Positions 18,568 through 27,066 of a stretch of DNA of 38,757 bases are shown piece by piece (position 1 is the stretch's first letter; each line of letters begins with the position of its first letter). Below the pieces are notes generated by a model. The model made no database searches, was not told where the DNA came from, and saw only the letters and a list, made by a program, of their open reading frames with translations. Origin of the DNA: a virus (taxonomy: Duplodnaviria > Caudoviricetes); the IMG/VR virus record IMGVR_UViG_3300017780_008313, positions 1 through 38,757 of that record; one strand, written 5' to 3'. The position numbers and the translations under genes are program-made.

Positions 18568-20483
18568 TGGAACGAAAAAAGAAAGTTTTAATACAAACAG
18601 ACTTTTCTTTAGCCAAAACAGGCTTTGGGAGAAACGCTAGAGCTTTACTTAAACATTTATATTCTACAAATAAATATGATTTAGTGCATTATTGCTGCGG
18701 AATGAGTTATGATCATCCTGAATTTAAAAAAACCCCATGGAAATCTGTAGGCTCACTTCCTAATAATCAACAAGAACTAGATCAACTCAATAGAGATCCA
18801 AACTTGGCAAGAATTGCTAGTTATGGCGCTCATTTTATAGATAGAGTAATTAACGAAGAAAAACCAGATGTATATTTTGCAGTACAAGATATATGGGGAG
18901 TAGATTTCGCTATTGAAAAATCTTGGTTCAATAAAATTGCATCAGTAATTTGGACAACATTAGACTCTCTTCCTATTCTTCAGTCAGCAATAACAAATGC
19001 TCCAAAAATTAAAAATTATTGGATTTGGAGTAATTTCGCTACTAAAGCGATGCATAAACTCGGATATAGTCATGTTAAAACCGTTCACGGATGCTTAGAG
19101 GATAAAGATTTTTATAGGCTTTCTGATTTCGAAAGAAATCAATTCAGAAAGAAAAACAATATTCCACAAGATGCATTTATCGTAGGATTCGTATTTAGAA
19201 ATCAATTAAGGAAAAGCGTGCCAAATTTATTACAAGGATATGCTTTATGGAAAAAACAAAATCCAGAAATCAAAAACACCTATCTCCTCCTTCATACTCA
19301 TTGGGGTGAAGGCTGGAACATACATAAACTTGCAGCAGAAATTGGAGTTAATCAAAAAGAAATATTAACAACATATGTATGTAAAAATTGCGGAGAATAT
19401 GAAGTAAAACCATTTATTGGACAAGATTTAAACTGTAAATATTGTGGAACAGAAAAAAGCCAGACTACAACAAATGTTGGTTTAGGAGTAACTGAAACTC
19501 AACTGAATGAAATATATAATTTTATGGATGTATATTGTCATCCATTTACAAGTGGTGGACAAGAAATACCAATTCAAGAAGCTAAACTTACCGAACTAAT
19601 TACTCTTGTCACGAATTACAGTTGTGGAGAAGAAATGTGTGAACCAGAAGCCAATTCATTGCCCTTAGAATGGACTGAATATAGAGAACATGGCACAGAG
19701 TTCATTAAAGCCTCCACTTATCCAGAATCAATAGCAAAACAATTGAACATTGTATATAAAATGCTACCACACAAGAGACTTGAGATAGGTAAAAAAGCAA
19801 GAGAATGGACGATTAAATACTTTGGAGTAAAAAATATTGCAAAAACTTTAGAACAATTTATAGATGCTCAATCTATTATTGATTGGGATAAAGTTAAAGA
19901 AAACCCAGAAGATAAAAAAGACCCTTATATTAAAATACCAGAAATTGTTGATGATGCCGAATGGCTTATTTTTATGTATCATAATATTTTAAAAATGAAA
20001 AATATTGATAGAAACGATTCTGGACATCAATACTGGATGGGTGAGTTTAATAAGGGTGCTAAAAGACCAGATATAGAAAATTATTTTAGAAATATTGCTT
20101 TAAAAGAAAATGAAAAAAACAAACAAATCAAATTCGAAGATCTTCTCGATTCTAATGATAAAGGCAGAGTAATATATGTTATTCCAGAAAGCGCAGGGGA
20201 TGTATTTCTTAGTACCGCTTTATTTAAATCAATTAAAGATAGATATCCAGACTATAGTTTATATGTTGCCACTAAACCTCAATATAAAGATATATTAGAC
20301 GGAAATCCATATGTTCATAGATGGATAGAGTACAATCCAATTATGGATAATTTAATTTGGCTAGAGGGAAATAATCAACATGATGGATATTTTGACATTG
20401 CTTACTTGCCTTATACATGCACTCAAAGAAATTTAAATTATCTTCATAATGGCTTAGATAAACTAGATTTTAGCTTGAATTAA
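18567..20483 (+). CDS. Multidomain glycosyltransferase: GT4-like with Zn ribbon, plus GT9 N-terminal domain
   Basis: TGFG, RNQLRK and HPFTSGGQEIPIQEA (GT-B); CKNC...CKYC; C-terminal SAGDVFLSTALFKSIK.RYP...ILDGNPYV. Confidence 0.8.
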   Translation: MERKKKVLIQTDFSLAKTGFGRNARALLKHLYSTNKYDLVHYCCGMSYDHPEFKKTPWKSVGSLPNNQQELDQLNRDPNLARIASYGAHFIDRVINEEKPDVYFAVQDIWGVDFAIEKSWFNKIASVIWTTLDSLPILQSAITNAPKIKNYWIWSNFATKAMHKLGYSHVKTVHGCLEDKDFYRLSDFERNQFRKKNNIPQDAFIVGFVFRNQLRKSVPNLLQGYALWKKQNPEIKNTYLLLHTHWGEGWNIHKLAAEIGVNQKEILTTYVCKNCGEYEVKPFIGQDLNCKYCGTEKSQTTTNVGLGVTETQLNEIYNFMDVYCHPFTSGGQEIPIQEAKLTELITLVTNYSCGEEMCEPEANSLPLEWTEYREHGTEFIKASTYPESIAKQLNIVYKMLPHKRLEIGKKAREWTIKYFGVKNIAKTLEQFIDAQSIIDWDKVKENPEDKKDPYIKIPEIVDDAEWLIFMYHNILKMKNIDRNDSGHQYWMGEFNKGAKRPDIENYFRNIALKENEKNKQIKFEDLLDSNDKGRVIYVIPESAGDVFLSTALFKSIKDRYPDYSLYVATKPQYKDILDGNPYVHRWIEYNPIMDNLIWLEGNNQHDGYFDIAYLPYTCTQRNLNYLHNGLDKLDFSLN

Positions 20484-20497
20484 ATTATTATTAAATA

Positions 20498-21649
20498 ATG
20501 AGACTACTTGACACATACGCAACAAATACTGGTTCAAAAATCGATAAGCCTTTTATTTATTCTAAATATTTTCCACTACCTATTGGAAAATATATTACGT
20601 TTCAAGCTCAAACACCATATGACTCAAGAAACTACTCTTATTGGCAAGAAGTTATTAGCTTAATACATCCTTATTTAAATAAAAATAATATCAATATTGT
20701 TCAAGTCGGGACAAAAGATGAAAAACCACTAAATGGTGTTATAAACCTACTAGGACAAACAAATATTAATCAATTAGCTTATATAATAGAAAATAACATT
20801 TTACATTTTGGAGCAGATAGTTTATGCGTTCATTTGTCTTCTTATTTCAATAAACTAATAGTTTCTCTTTATAGCATAAGTAATCCAAATGTAGCTGGTC
20901 CTCATTTTGGAGATAAAAGTAAACATATTCTTCTTAAAGGCTACGAGAGGACAGGTAATAAAAAACCATCCTATTCCCAAGTAGAATCACCAAAATCAAT
21001 AGATGAGATAAAACCAGAAGAAATCGCTGGAGCAATCCTAAAACTTCTTGATATAAAATATTCAAATCTACCAGAAAGTATATATTTTGGTAAAGATCTT
21101 AATGCTAGAAGTTTCGAACTTATACCAGATGAAATAACTGATGTAAATTCTATATCAATTGAAAATCCTATAGTGAGAATGGACTATTGCTTTAATGAAC
21201 AAGCTTTAGAAAATATACTGTCAGCAAAGAAAACTATTATTTTCACAAATAAATCTATTAAAAAAGATCTCATTAAAAAATACAAAAAAAATATTCTCCA
21301 AGTAATTTACATTATAGAAGAAGACAATGATATAAATTTTGTTAAACTATTAAAGAATAATTCAATTAATTATACTCTACTTTCATTTTTAGAGGAATCA
21401 ATTTTAAATAAATATAAAATAGATTACATGGATTATAATCTCATAATTGATAAAAAACACAAAACAAAAGAAGACGCGAAAATAATAGACGCAAATAATC
21501 TTTTTTATAAATCCTCGAGAACATTAGTCTCCTCAAAAGGTCAATTTATATCTAGATACGATTGGCTATATAATTCTGGTAATAAAGTAGTAGATGATCC
21601 AGAATTTTGGAAAGAAATTGATAATTTTTATATTTTTAAGTTGACTTAA
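20498..21649 (+). CDS. GT9 (heptosyltransferase-like) C-terminal domain plus an unknown domain
   Basis: RNYSYWQEV, IVQVG and NLLGQTNINQLAYII....HFGADSLCVHL....IVSLY. Confidence 0.75.
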   Translation: MRLLDTYATNTGSKIDKPFIYSKYFPLPIGKYITFQAQTPYDSRNYSYWQEVISLIHPYLNKNNINIVQVGTKDEKPLNGVINLLGQTNINQLAYIIENNILHFGADSLCVHLSSYFNKLIVSLYSISNPNVAGPHFGDKSKHILLKGYERTGNKKPSYSQVESPKSIDEIKPEEIAGAILKLLDIKYSNLPESIYFGKDLNARSFELIPDEITDVNSISIENPIVRMDYCFNEQALENILSAKKTIIFTNKSIKKDLIKKYKKNILQVIYIIEEDNDINFVKLLKNNSINYTLLSFLEESILNKYKIDYMDYNLIIDKKHKTKEDAKIIDANNLFYKSSRTLVSSKGQFISRYDWLYNSGNKVVDDPEFWKEIDNFYIFKLT

Positions 21650-21669
21650 ACTTTAATATGGGGTATCAT
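21641..21669 (+). promoter_or_regulatory. sigma70-like promoter TTGACT-17-TATCAT
   Basis: Same hexamers as the dnaB promoter; 6 nt before ATG 21676. Confidence 0.7.
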
Positions 21670-21675
21670 TCTTAA

Positions 21676-22488
21676 ATGAGCCCTAAAATTAAAACAGAAG
21701 AAAATACAATTTCAGTAGCTAGTTCTGAACTTATTAATATGCAAATACACCCACAAGAAGAAAGCAAAGATGCAACTATCCAAGTAGTTCCGCCAAGACT
21801 AATAACAAGAAACAAATATGGCTTAATTGAAGACGCAAATATAAATTACATTTATAATGATGATGGAACAATTAATTGGCGCAAAATGGTAAAAACAGAA
21901 TACCTAGTCAATAATAGGCAAAAAACCCAAGAAACAGATGTATCCAAACTAGAAGACAAAGATCTTCTAATACTATTAGGTGGAATAAAGGAGCTTGCCC
22001 AAATTCGAGGATATTCTAAAGTAGAGTATAATGTTGTATCTGCAAACGATACATATTTCGCTACGAGCTGTAGGATCACTTGGCTACCCAATTACGAAAC
22101 AGACGGCAGAGAAATAGTCTTTGAATCATTAGCTGATGCTACAGTAAATAATACCAAGAGTTTCGCTAAATTCTTCTTGGCCGCAATTGCAGAGAATAGA
22201 GCCTTCGTAAGATGTGTTCGTAATTTCTTAAAAATCAATATTGTATCTCAAGAAGAGTTAGGAGAAGCAAAGTTATTTGATTTTGCTCAACCATCTAATG
22301 AAAATCCTACTTCTCCTCAATCTGTTTTAGAAAAGACTATGAAAGAAAAAGGGGTGAATTTTGAATCACTTAAAAAAAGATTAATTAAAGATAATTTCGA
22401 GAATGCAGAAAATTTAAATTCTATATCAGATATACCCAAAGTCAAACTATTTGAACTAATAGATAGAATTAAGAAAATTAAAGATTAA
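21676..22488 (+). CDS. Putative Rad52/RecT-superfamily single-strand annealing protein
   Basis: Beta-strands followed by FESLADA...IAENRAFVRCVRNFL.I.IVSQEEL, resembling the annealing-domain helix. Confidence 0.5.
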   Translation: MSPKIKTEENTISVASSELINMQIHPQEESKDATIQVVPPRLITRNKYGLIEDANINYIYNDDGTINWRKMVKTEYLVNNRQKTQETDVSKLEDKDLLILLGGIKELAQIRGYSKVEYNVVSANDTYFATSCRITWLPNYETDGREIVFESLADATVNNTKSFAKFFLAAIAENRAFVRCVRNFLKINIVSQEELGEAKLFDFAQPSNENPTSPQSVLEKTMKEKGVNFESLKKRLIKDNFENAENLNSISDIPKVKLFELIDRIKKIKD

Positions 22489-22781
22489 TATTCTTTATAT
22501 TTTACTAATTGATTTCTTACGAAATATAAATTAATAAAAAATCCACAAAACGCACTTAAAATATTACTTAACACAGGATAAGTTAATGTAACGAATGGAT
22601 TAATAAAAAAACTAAGAACTAAAGATATCCAAAAACTAGAACATTCATGGCAAAGCAAGGGTTTATGAATATAAGGTATTTTAACTAGAAAATTACGAAA
22701 AGGTCTAGCTACTTCAGTATCACTCCAAGCATAAGTTATGCTTAAACAAAGAAAAAGATATGTTAAAAAATTATAAAACAT
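22485..22781 (-). CDS. Small membrane protein, DUF1360-like
   Basis: Hydrophobic segments with an LLCHECSSFW motif. Confidence 0.6.
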   Translation of the reverse strand: MFYNFLTYLFLCLSITYAWSDTEVARPFRNFLVKIPYIHKPLLCHECSSFWISLVLSFFINPFVTLTYPVLSNILSAFCGFFINLYFVRNQLVKYKEY

Positions 22782-23067
22782 TTCCTTTTCCTCTAGATCG
22801 TTTTATTGATTTTTCTTCTTTTCTTTTAACTATATTTTTTATATTTTCTTCAGAAAACATATAAGAAAAAAAATCTTTTTCAATTTCAATTTTTGATATA
22901 AGATAATTTGCTGTTCGACCCCTACAAGAACAATTAGGATTATTTTTTAGAGTAGTTAAATCGGCAATTATTTCGGGAAATTTCTCTTTTAAAGAGTCGA
23001 AAACAGCATCATCTTTTATGAAAACTTTTAAAAAAGCATGAGATCTTATTATATCTTTTATTTCCAT
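22771..23067 (-). CDS. Hypothetical protein (NPNCSC motif)
   Basis: 98-aa ORF overlapping the next gene; a TAGATT-17-TATAAT promoter-like element lies upstream. Confidence 0.65.
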   Translation of the reverse strand: MEIKDIIRSHAFLKVFIKDDAVFDSLKEKFPEIIADLTTLKNNPNCSCRGRTANYLISKIEIEKDFFSYMFSEENIKNIVKRKEEKSIKRSRGKGNVL

Positions 23068-23109
23068 ATTTACAATATTATAATATATATATTATTAAAA
23101 ATCTAAAAA

Positions 23110-23916
23110 TTATGGTTGGAGATACATTACTTTTGTTTCAATATATTTTGCTTCATTGTCGCTACTTAATACTGAATTTGTATTAGTAAGTATATTATTT
23201 GGTAAATTAAATGTGGCTAAATTTAAAGAAGATTGATATTTTTTTATAGATATATATTGTCCAGCGTCAGGAGTAATATATCCTGAGTTTGGTAAATTAC
23301 GGAGATTTGCTATAAACATATCATTGCTTGCGCTCGTATCAAATGAAATATCTTGTTTTATTGGATATTGAATATATATATTATCTGGTAAATAATTGCC
23401 AATAGTGTAATTAGTTACGCGATTTATATTTATATTAATTCCAAAAGATTCTACTCGGTTAGAGTTGAAAAGTGTTAGGTTTGAGTCTATAAAACATGGA
23501 TCTCCAACATTAAATGTATTTAAATTTACTGGTTTAGGAATAAAGTATATCTCAGAATCTGGCCAATTAAAAATAATCCCTCTTATATCAACAGTTGGAT
23601 ATTCTCCTAGTTTATAGTTTAAGGAATAATTAGTTAAATATCCATCTGTAAAAGTTACATATTTATCACCATATTCAATTTTACCAGAAAATGAACTAAC
23701 TCCTGTATAAGTTAAAAATCTATCAGTATCACTTAATATATAAGATAAGTCAAATTGAACGACAGGAAAACCATTTTTTGTATAATTAATAGAATTATCT
23801 ATAGATATTTGAGGAGCTATCTTAAGATCAACGCCAACATTAAAACTTTTTATTCCAGATACTAAAGAATCATTTAGATAAAAGTTTTGATTTTCTATAG
23901 AATAGACATTAAACAT
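23110..23916 (-). CDS. Putative structural protein, tail-tube-like beta fold
   Basis: Beta-rich sequence (SGIKSFNV, GYLTNYSLNY, VESFGIN), next to tail genes and preceded by GTGTAA. Confidence 0.45.
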   Translation of the reverse strand: MFNVYSIENQNFYLNDSLVSGIKSFNVGVDLKIAPQISIDNSINYTKNGFPVVQFDLSYILSDTDRFLTYTGVSSFSGKIEYGDKYVTFTDGYLTNYSLNYKLGEYPTVDIRGIIFNWPDSEIYFIPKPVNLNTFNVGDPCFIDSNLTLFNSNRVESFGINININRVTNYTIGNYLPDNIYIQYPIKQDISFDTSASNDMFIANLRNLPNSGYITPDAGQYISIKKYQSSLNLATFNLPNNILTNTNSVLSSDNEAKYIETKVMYLQP

Positions 23917-23925
23917 TAACTATAA

Positions 23926-23946
23926 TTACACTTCTTTTAAGTGTAA
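23926..23946. promoter_or_regulatory. Inverted repeat TTACACTT-N5-AAGTGTAA: back-to-back GTGTAA motifs between divergent genes
   Basis: Perfect 8-bp inverted repeat in the 51-bp divergent intergenic region. Confidence 0.65.
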
Positions 23947-23967
23947 AATATAAGAGGTAAAAGGTAT

Positions 23968-24504
23968 ATGGCTAGTATTTACGATACAGTTTCAACTTGG
24001 CTTATAGGATCTACTTATAAGAAGTACGATATTGTAAAAGGTAGTGATAATAAATACTATTATTCAATAATAGATTCAAATGTTGGTCAAAATCCAATCA
24101 CTTCAAGCAATCTTCAAGTTGAGTGGGATGGATATATATCTTTAAATAGTGTATTATATCCAAATTTTTGGTGGAAACCTTCTTATGGAGCGGAGTTTTT
24201 GAATAGTCCTAGAATAAAAATAAATCAATTTGGAAATGGTTATCAACAAAGAATACAAGACTCTATTAATAATAATTTAAAACAGATCGGTTTAAATTTT
24301 GAAAATAGAAGTGAGTTAGAAACTGTATCAATTTTACATTTTTTACAAGAAAGAAACGCTAAAGAAAGTTTTGTTTATAATTTACCCACAATTTATTCAA
24401 AACCAAATGTCAAAACTATGTTCACTTGTCCTTCATGGACAGTTCAGCCCGTTTCCTATAATCTTTATAATATAAAAGTTGAATTTTCTGAGGTAGCAGA
24501 ATAA
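23968..24504 (+). CDS. Minor/distal tail protein (lambda gpM-like) with N-terminal CBM-like module
   Basis: FGNGYQQRIQDSINN and FL......F motifs; N-terminal W....TYKKYDIV. Confidence 0.85.
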   Translation: MASIYDTVSTWLIGSTYKKYDIVKGSDNKYYYSIIDSNVGQNPITSSNLQVEWDGYISLNSVLYPNFWWKPSYGAEFLNSPRIKINQFGNGYQQRIQDSINNNLKQIGLNFENRSELETVSILHFLQERNAKESFVYNLPTIYSKPNVKTMFTCPSWTVQPVSYNLYNIKVEFSEVAE

Positions 24505-24505
24505 T

Positions 24506-25891
24506 ATGTCTGTGTCCCAAAATCAAACTTATTTATCAATTGTAAGTGGTAGTAGAGATATTAGAGAAAATATTCTATCTTCTAGTCCATCACAATTAAT
24601 TGAATTATTTGAAATAGATTTTTCTGAAGTTCATCCAGTAACAAAAACATTAAGCTACGGAAATAATCAGCCAACTAACATGGGAGTTTTACGTATTTAC
24701 AATAATTTTAATTTATTTAAAATAACAAATAATCCATACGGGATAATTAATTGGCAAAATAATTCTTATTATCCATTTCCTATAAAAGCAGAGGGATTCG
24801 AGTTTAATTCATCCACTACATTACCTACGCCAAAAATATCAATATCAAATTTTTCTCCTGATAATTCTAACAATTCTTTCTATAACTACATTAGAATGCA
24901 AATTCAATCTCTTGATGATATAATTGGCGCAAAATTTACAAGAATTAGAACATTTTTAAAATATTTAAATTCTTCAAACTTTCAAGAAGGATATAATATA
25001 TATGCAACAAATACTGGAATTTACGAAATAGAACTTCCAAAAGACATATACTACATAGATAGAAAAACTATAGAAAACGCTTCTATTGTTGAATATCAAC
25101 TTAATACAATTCTTGATTTAGAAAATTTAACTTTTCCAGGGAGGACAATATATTCAAAAAAATGCCCTTTTCAATATCGTGGAGAAGGATGTTGTTATGA
25201 GTACAATAGCAGATTGACTTCATTGCATAGTGGAATTTACGCAGATACAGTGAATCCTGACTTTAATGCAAAAGGCCTTTTAACTGCTCCGCCAGTAGCA
25301 ACAGAAAATAATCAATTATTTATTGGTGAAATTTTTTCTACAGGACAAATTGGGGGTAGCGCAGGTAATGCAATATACAGAATTACTGGATCAAATCAAG
25401 GAAACAATGGTGCACTTGGCAATTCTGGAGCTTGGAATATAAATAATACATATGTTTCTGGTGATTTTGTTTTTTTAGAAAATAAAAATTTAAAAAATTA
25501 TTTTGTTTGTATTCAAAATCATATCTCAAATGTTTTTGATACACCTTTAAATAAAAATTATTGGGTAGCAGATATTTGTTCTAAGGATATTTCAGCCTGC
25601 AGACTTAGATGGTTGAAAAATCCTGCGTTTAGACCAGTTATTTGGCCAACCAATAGAGGAGGAGAAACTTATGATAATACTGCGAAAAGAATTTATTGGA
25701 CGTATTATGGTAACGAAAGCCTTTGGGTAACTGGAGTTAATGGTCAACAAGTAAATTTTCCTAGAAGACCTGGATCTGAAAATCCTAGTTCTCCAAATTC
25801 TCATGGAATTCCTAAAGATGCAAACGGTAATTATTTAAATGGATTTTTACCGTTTGGCGGATTTCCTGGAACAAATAAACCAAATGTTTAA
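24506..25891 (+). CDS. Minor tail protein L (lambda gpL-like)
   Basis: IELFEID, PIKAEGFE, PTPKISISN, GAKFTRIRT, YYIDRK, CPFQYRGEGC, DICSK...ACRLR and PFGGFPG. Confidence 0.92.
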   Translation: MSVSQNQTYLSIVSGSRDIRENILSSSPSQLIELFEIDFSEVHPVTKTLSYGNNQPTNMGVLRIYNNFNLFKITNNPYGIINWQNNSYYPFPIKAEGFEFNSSTTLPTPKISISNFSPDNSNNSFYNYIRMQIQSLDDIIGAKFTRIRTFLKYLNSSNFQEGYNIYATNTGIYEIELPKDIYYIDRKTIENASIVEYQLNTILDLENLTFPGRTIYSKKCPFQYRGEGCCYEYNSRLTSLHSGIYADTVNPDFNAKGLLTAPPVATENNQLFIGEIFSTGQIGGSAGNAIYRITGSNQGNNGALGNSGAWNINNTYVSGDFVFLENKNLKNYFVCIQNHISNVFDTPLNKNYWVADICSKDISACRLRWLKNPAFRPVIWPTNRGGETYDNTAKRIYWTYYGNESLWVTGVNGQQVNFPRRPGSENPSSPNSHGIPKDANGNYLNGFLPFGGFPGTNKPNV

Positions 25892-26267
25892 TAAAAAAAT
25901 TAAAGACTCTATTCGGGAAGCATGCTTAAAAGATGATGCACAAGAAGCATGCGGCTTTATAGTTTTTAAAAATGATTTTATGTGTATTCCATGTAAAAAT
26001 ATAGCTCCTGATCCAATTAACTTCTTTAAGATTTCTTCTATTGATTTTTTGAAAACAAAATATATATATAATAAAATATATTATATATATCATAGTCATA
26101 TAAGTGAAAACTGTGAATTTTCTGAATTAGATAAAGCATGCTCTGAATCTTTAATGATACCAATCATATTACACAATATTAAAAAAAATATATTTAAAGT
26201 ATATGAATCAACTAATTTAAAGAAATCAACCCCAACGATAGATTTTGCATGTAATTCTTTAGGATAA
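25884..26267 (+). CDS. Tail assembly protein K-like, JAB/MPN domain only
   Basis: EACGFI and YHSH.......SELD; likely start ATG 25884; no NlpC/P60 domain. Confidence 0.85.
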   Translation: MFNKKIKDSIREACLKDDAQEACGFIVFKNDFMCIPCKNIAPDPINFFKISSIDFLKTKYIYNKIYYIYHSHISENCEFSELDKACSESLMIPIILHNIKKNIFKVYESTNLKKSTPTIDFACNSLG

Positions 26268-26271
26268 AAGT

Positions 26272-27063
26272 ATGATAAAAGTCAATTTACATGGTAAATT
26301 AGGGCAAGATATTGGAGAATCTTGGGATCTTGAAGTTTCAAGCGTAGCCGAAGCTTTAAGAGCAATAGAAATAAATACAAAAAAATTAAGAAAATATTTA
26401 TTAAATAATTTAGATTATGGATATGAAATATTAATAAATAGCACTCCTCTTTTTTCTGAAATTCCAGACATTAAAAATATAGAGGAAATTAAAAATACAG
26501 AATTATTTATAATTTTAAATGAGAAAATTGAAACAATAGACATTGTCCCTTGTTTAATTGGTGCAGACTTCTGGCAAAGCGCTATCAACTTTATTAAAAG
26601 TCCAGCTGGTCAAATAACAATAGGTGCATTAGGATTATTAGGTGGAGTAGGAATTGGGTTTGCTTTCCCTAGCTTCACGCCTCTTGGAATTAGTATTGGA
26701 GTAGCTAGCATAGGTCTAATTACTAATGGAACTAGCGCATTATTATCTAAACCTCCACCAAACATACCATTTACAGCCAGACAAGCCGATCCAATAGCTG
26801 GAACATCAGCTGGAGCAAATTCATATCTTTTTAGTGGACCATCGAATACAGTTGGGGAAGGTGGACCAGTGCCAGTAGGATATGGTACTTTATTAGTTGG
26901 TGGAAATAATGTTTATGGAAATTATAATATATTATATAGAGCGTATGTAGGTAAATATGATAGCGTAACTGAACAATCTATTCTTGAAGGAGATAATCAA
27001 TATATATTCAATTCAAGATGTTATCTAATAAGTCAGAGTTCCCTATCTTCAATTCCTTTTTAA
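26272..27063 (+). CDS. Tail assembly protein I (lambda gpI-like)
   Basis: VNLHGKLG, SVAEALRAI, SYLFSG..NT and PVPVGYG. Confidence 0.9.
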   Translation: MIKVNLHGKLGQDIGESWDLEVSSVAEALRAIEINTKKLRKYLLNNLDYGYEILINSTPLFSEIPDIKNIEEIKNTELFIILNEKIETIDIVPCLIGADFWQSAINFIKSPAGQITIGALGLLGGVGIGFAFPSFTPLGISIGVASIGLITNGTSALLSKPPPNIPFTARQADPIAGTSAGANSYLFSGPSNTVGEGGPVPVGYGTLLVGGNNVYGNYNILYRAYVGKYDSVTEQSILEGDNQYIFNSRCYLISQSSLSSIPF

Positions 27064-27066
27064 TTT

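Noticed and set aside
18349-23410. Other GTGTAA hexamers near 18350 and 23405
   Set aside because: They lie inside coding regions, away from start codons, and are expected by chance in AT-rich DNA.
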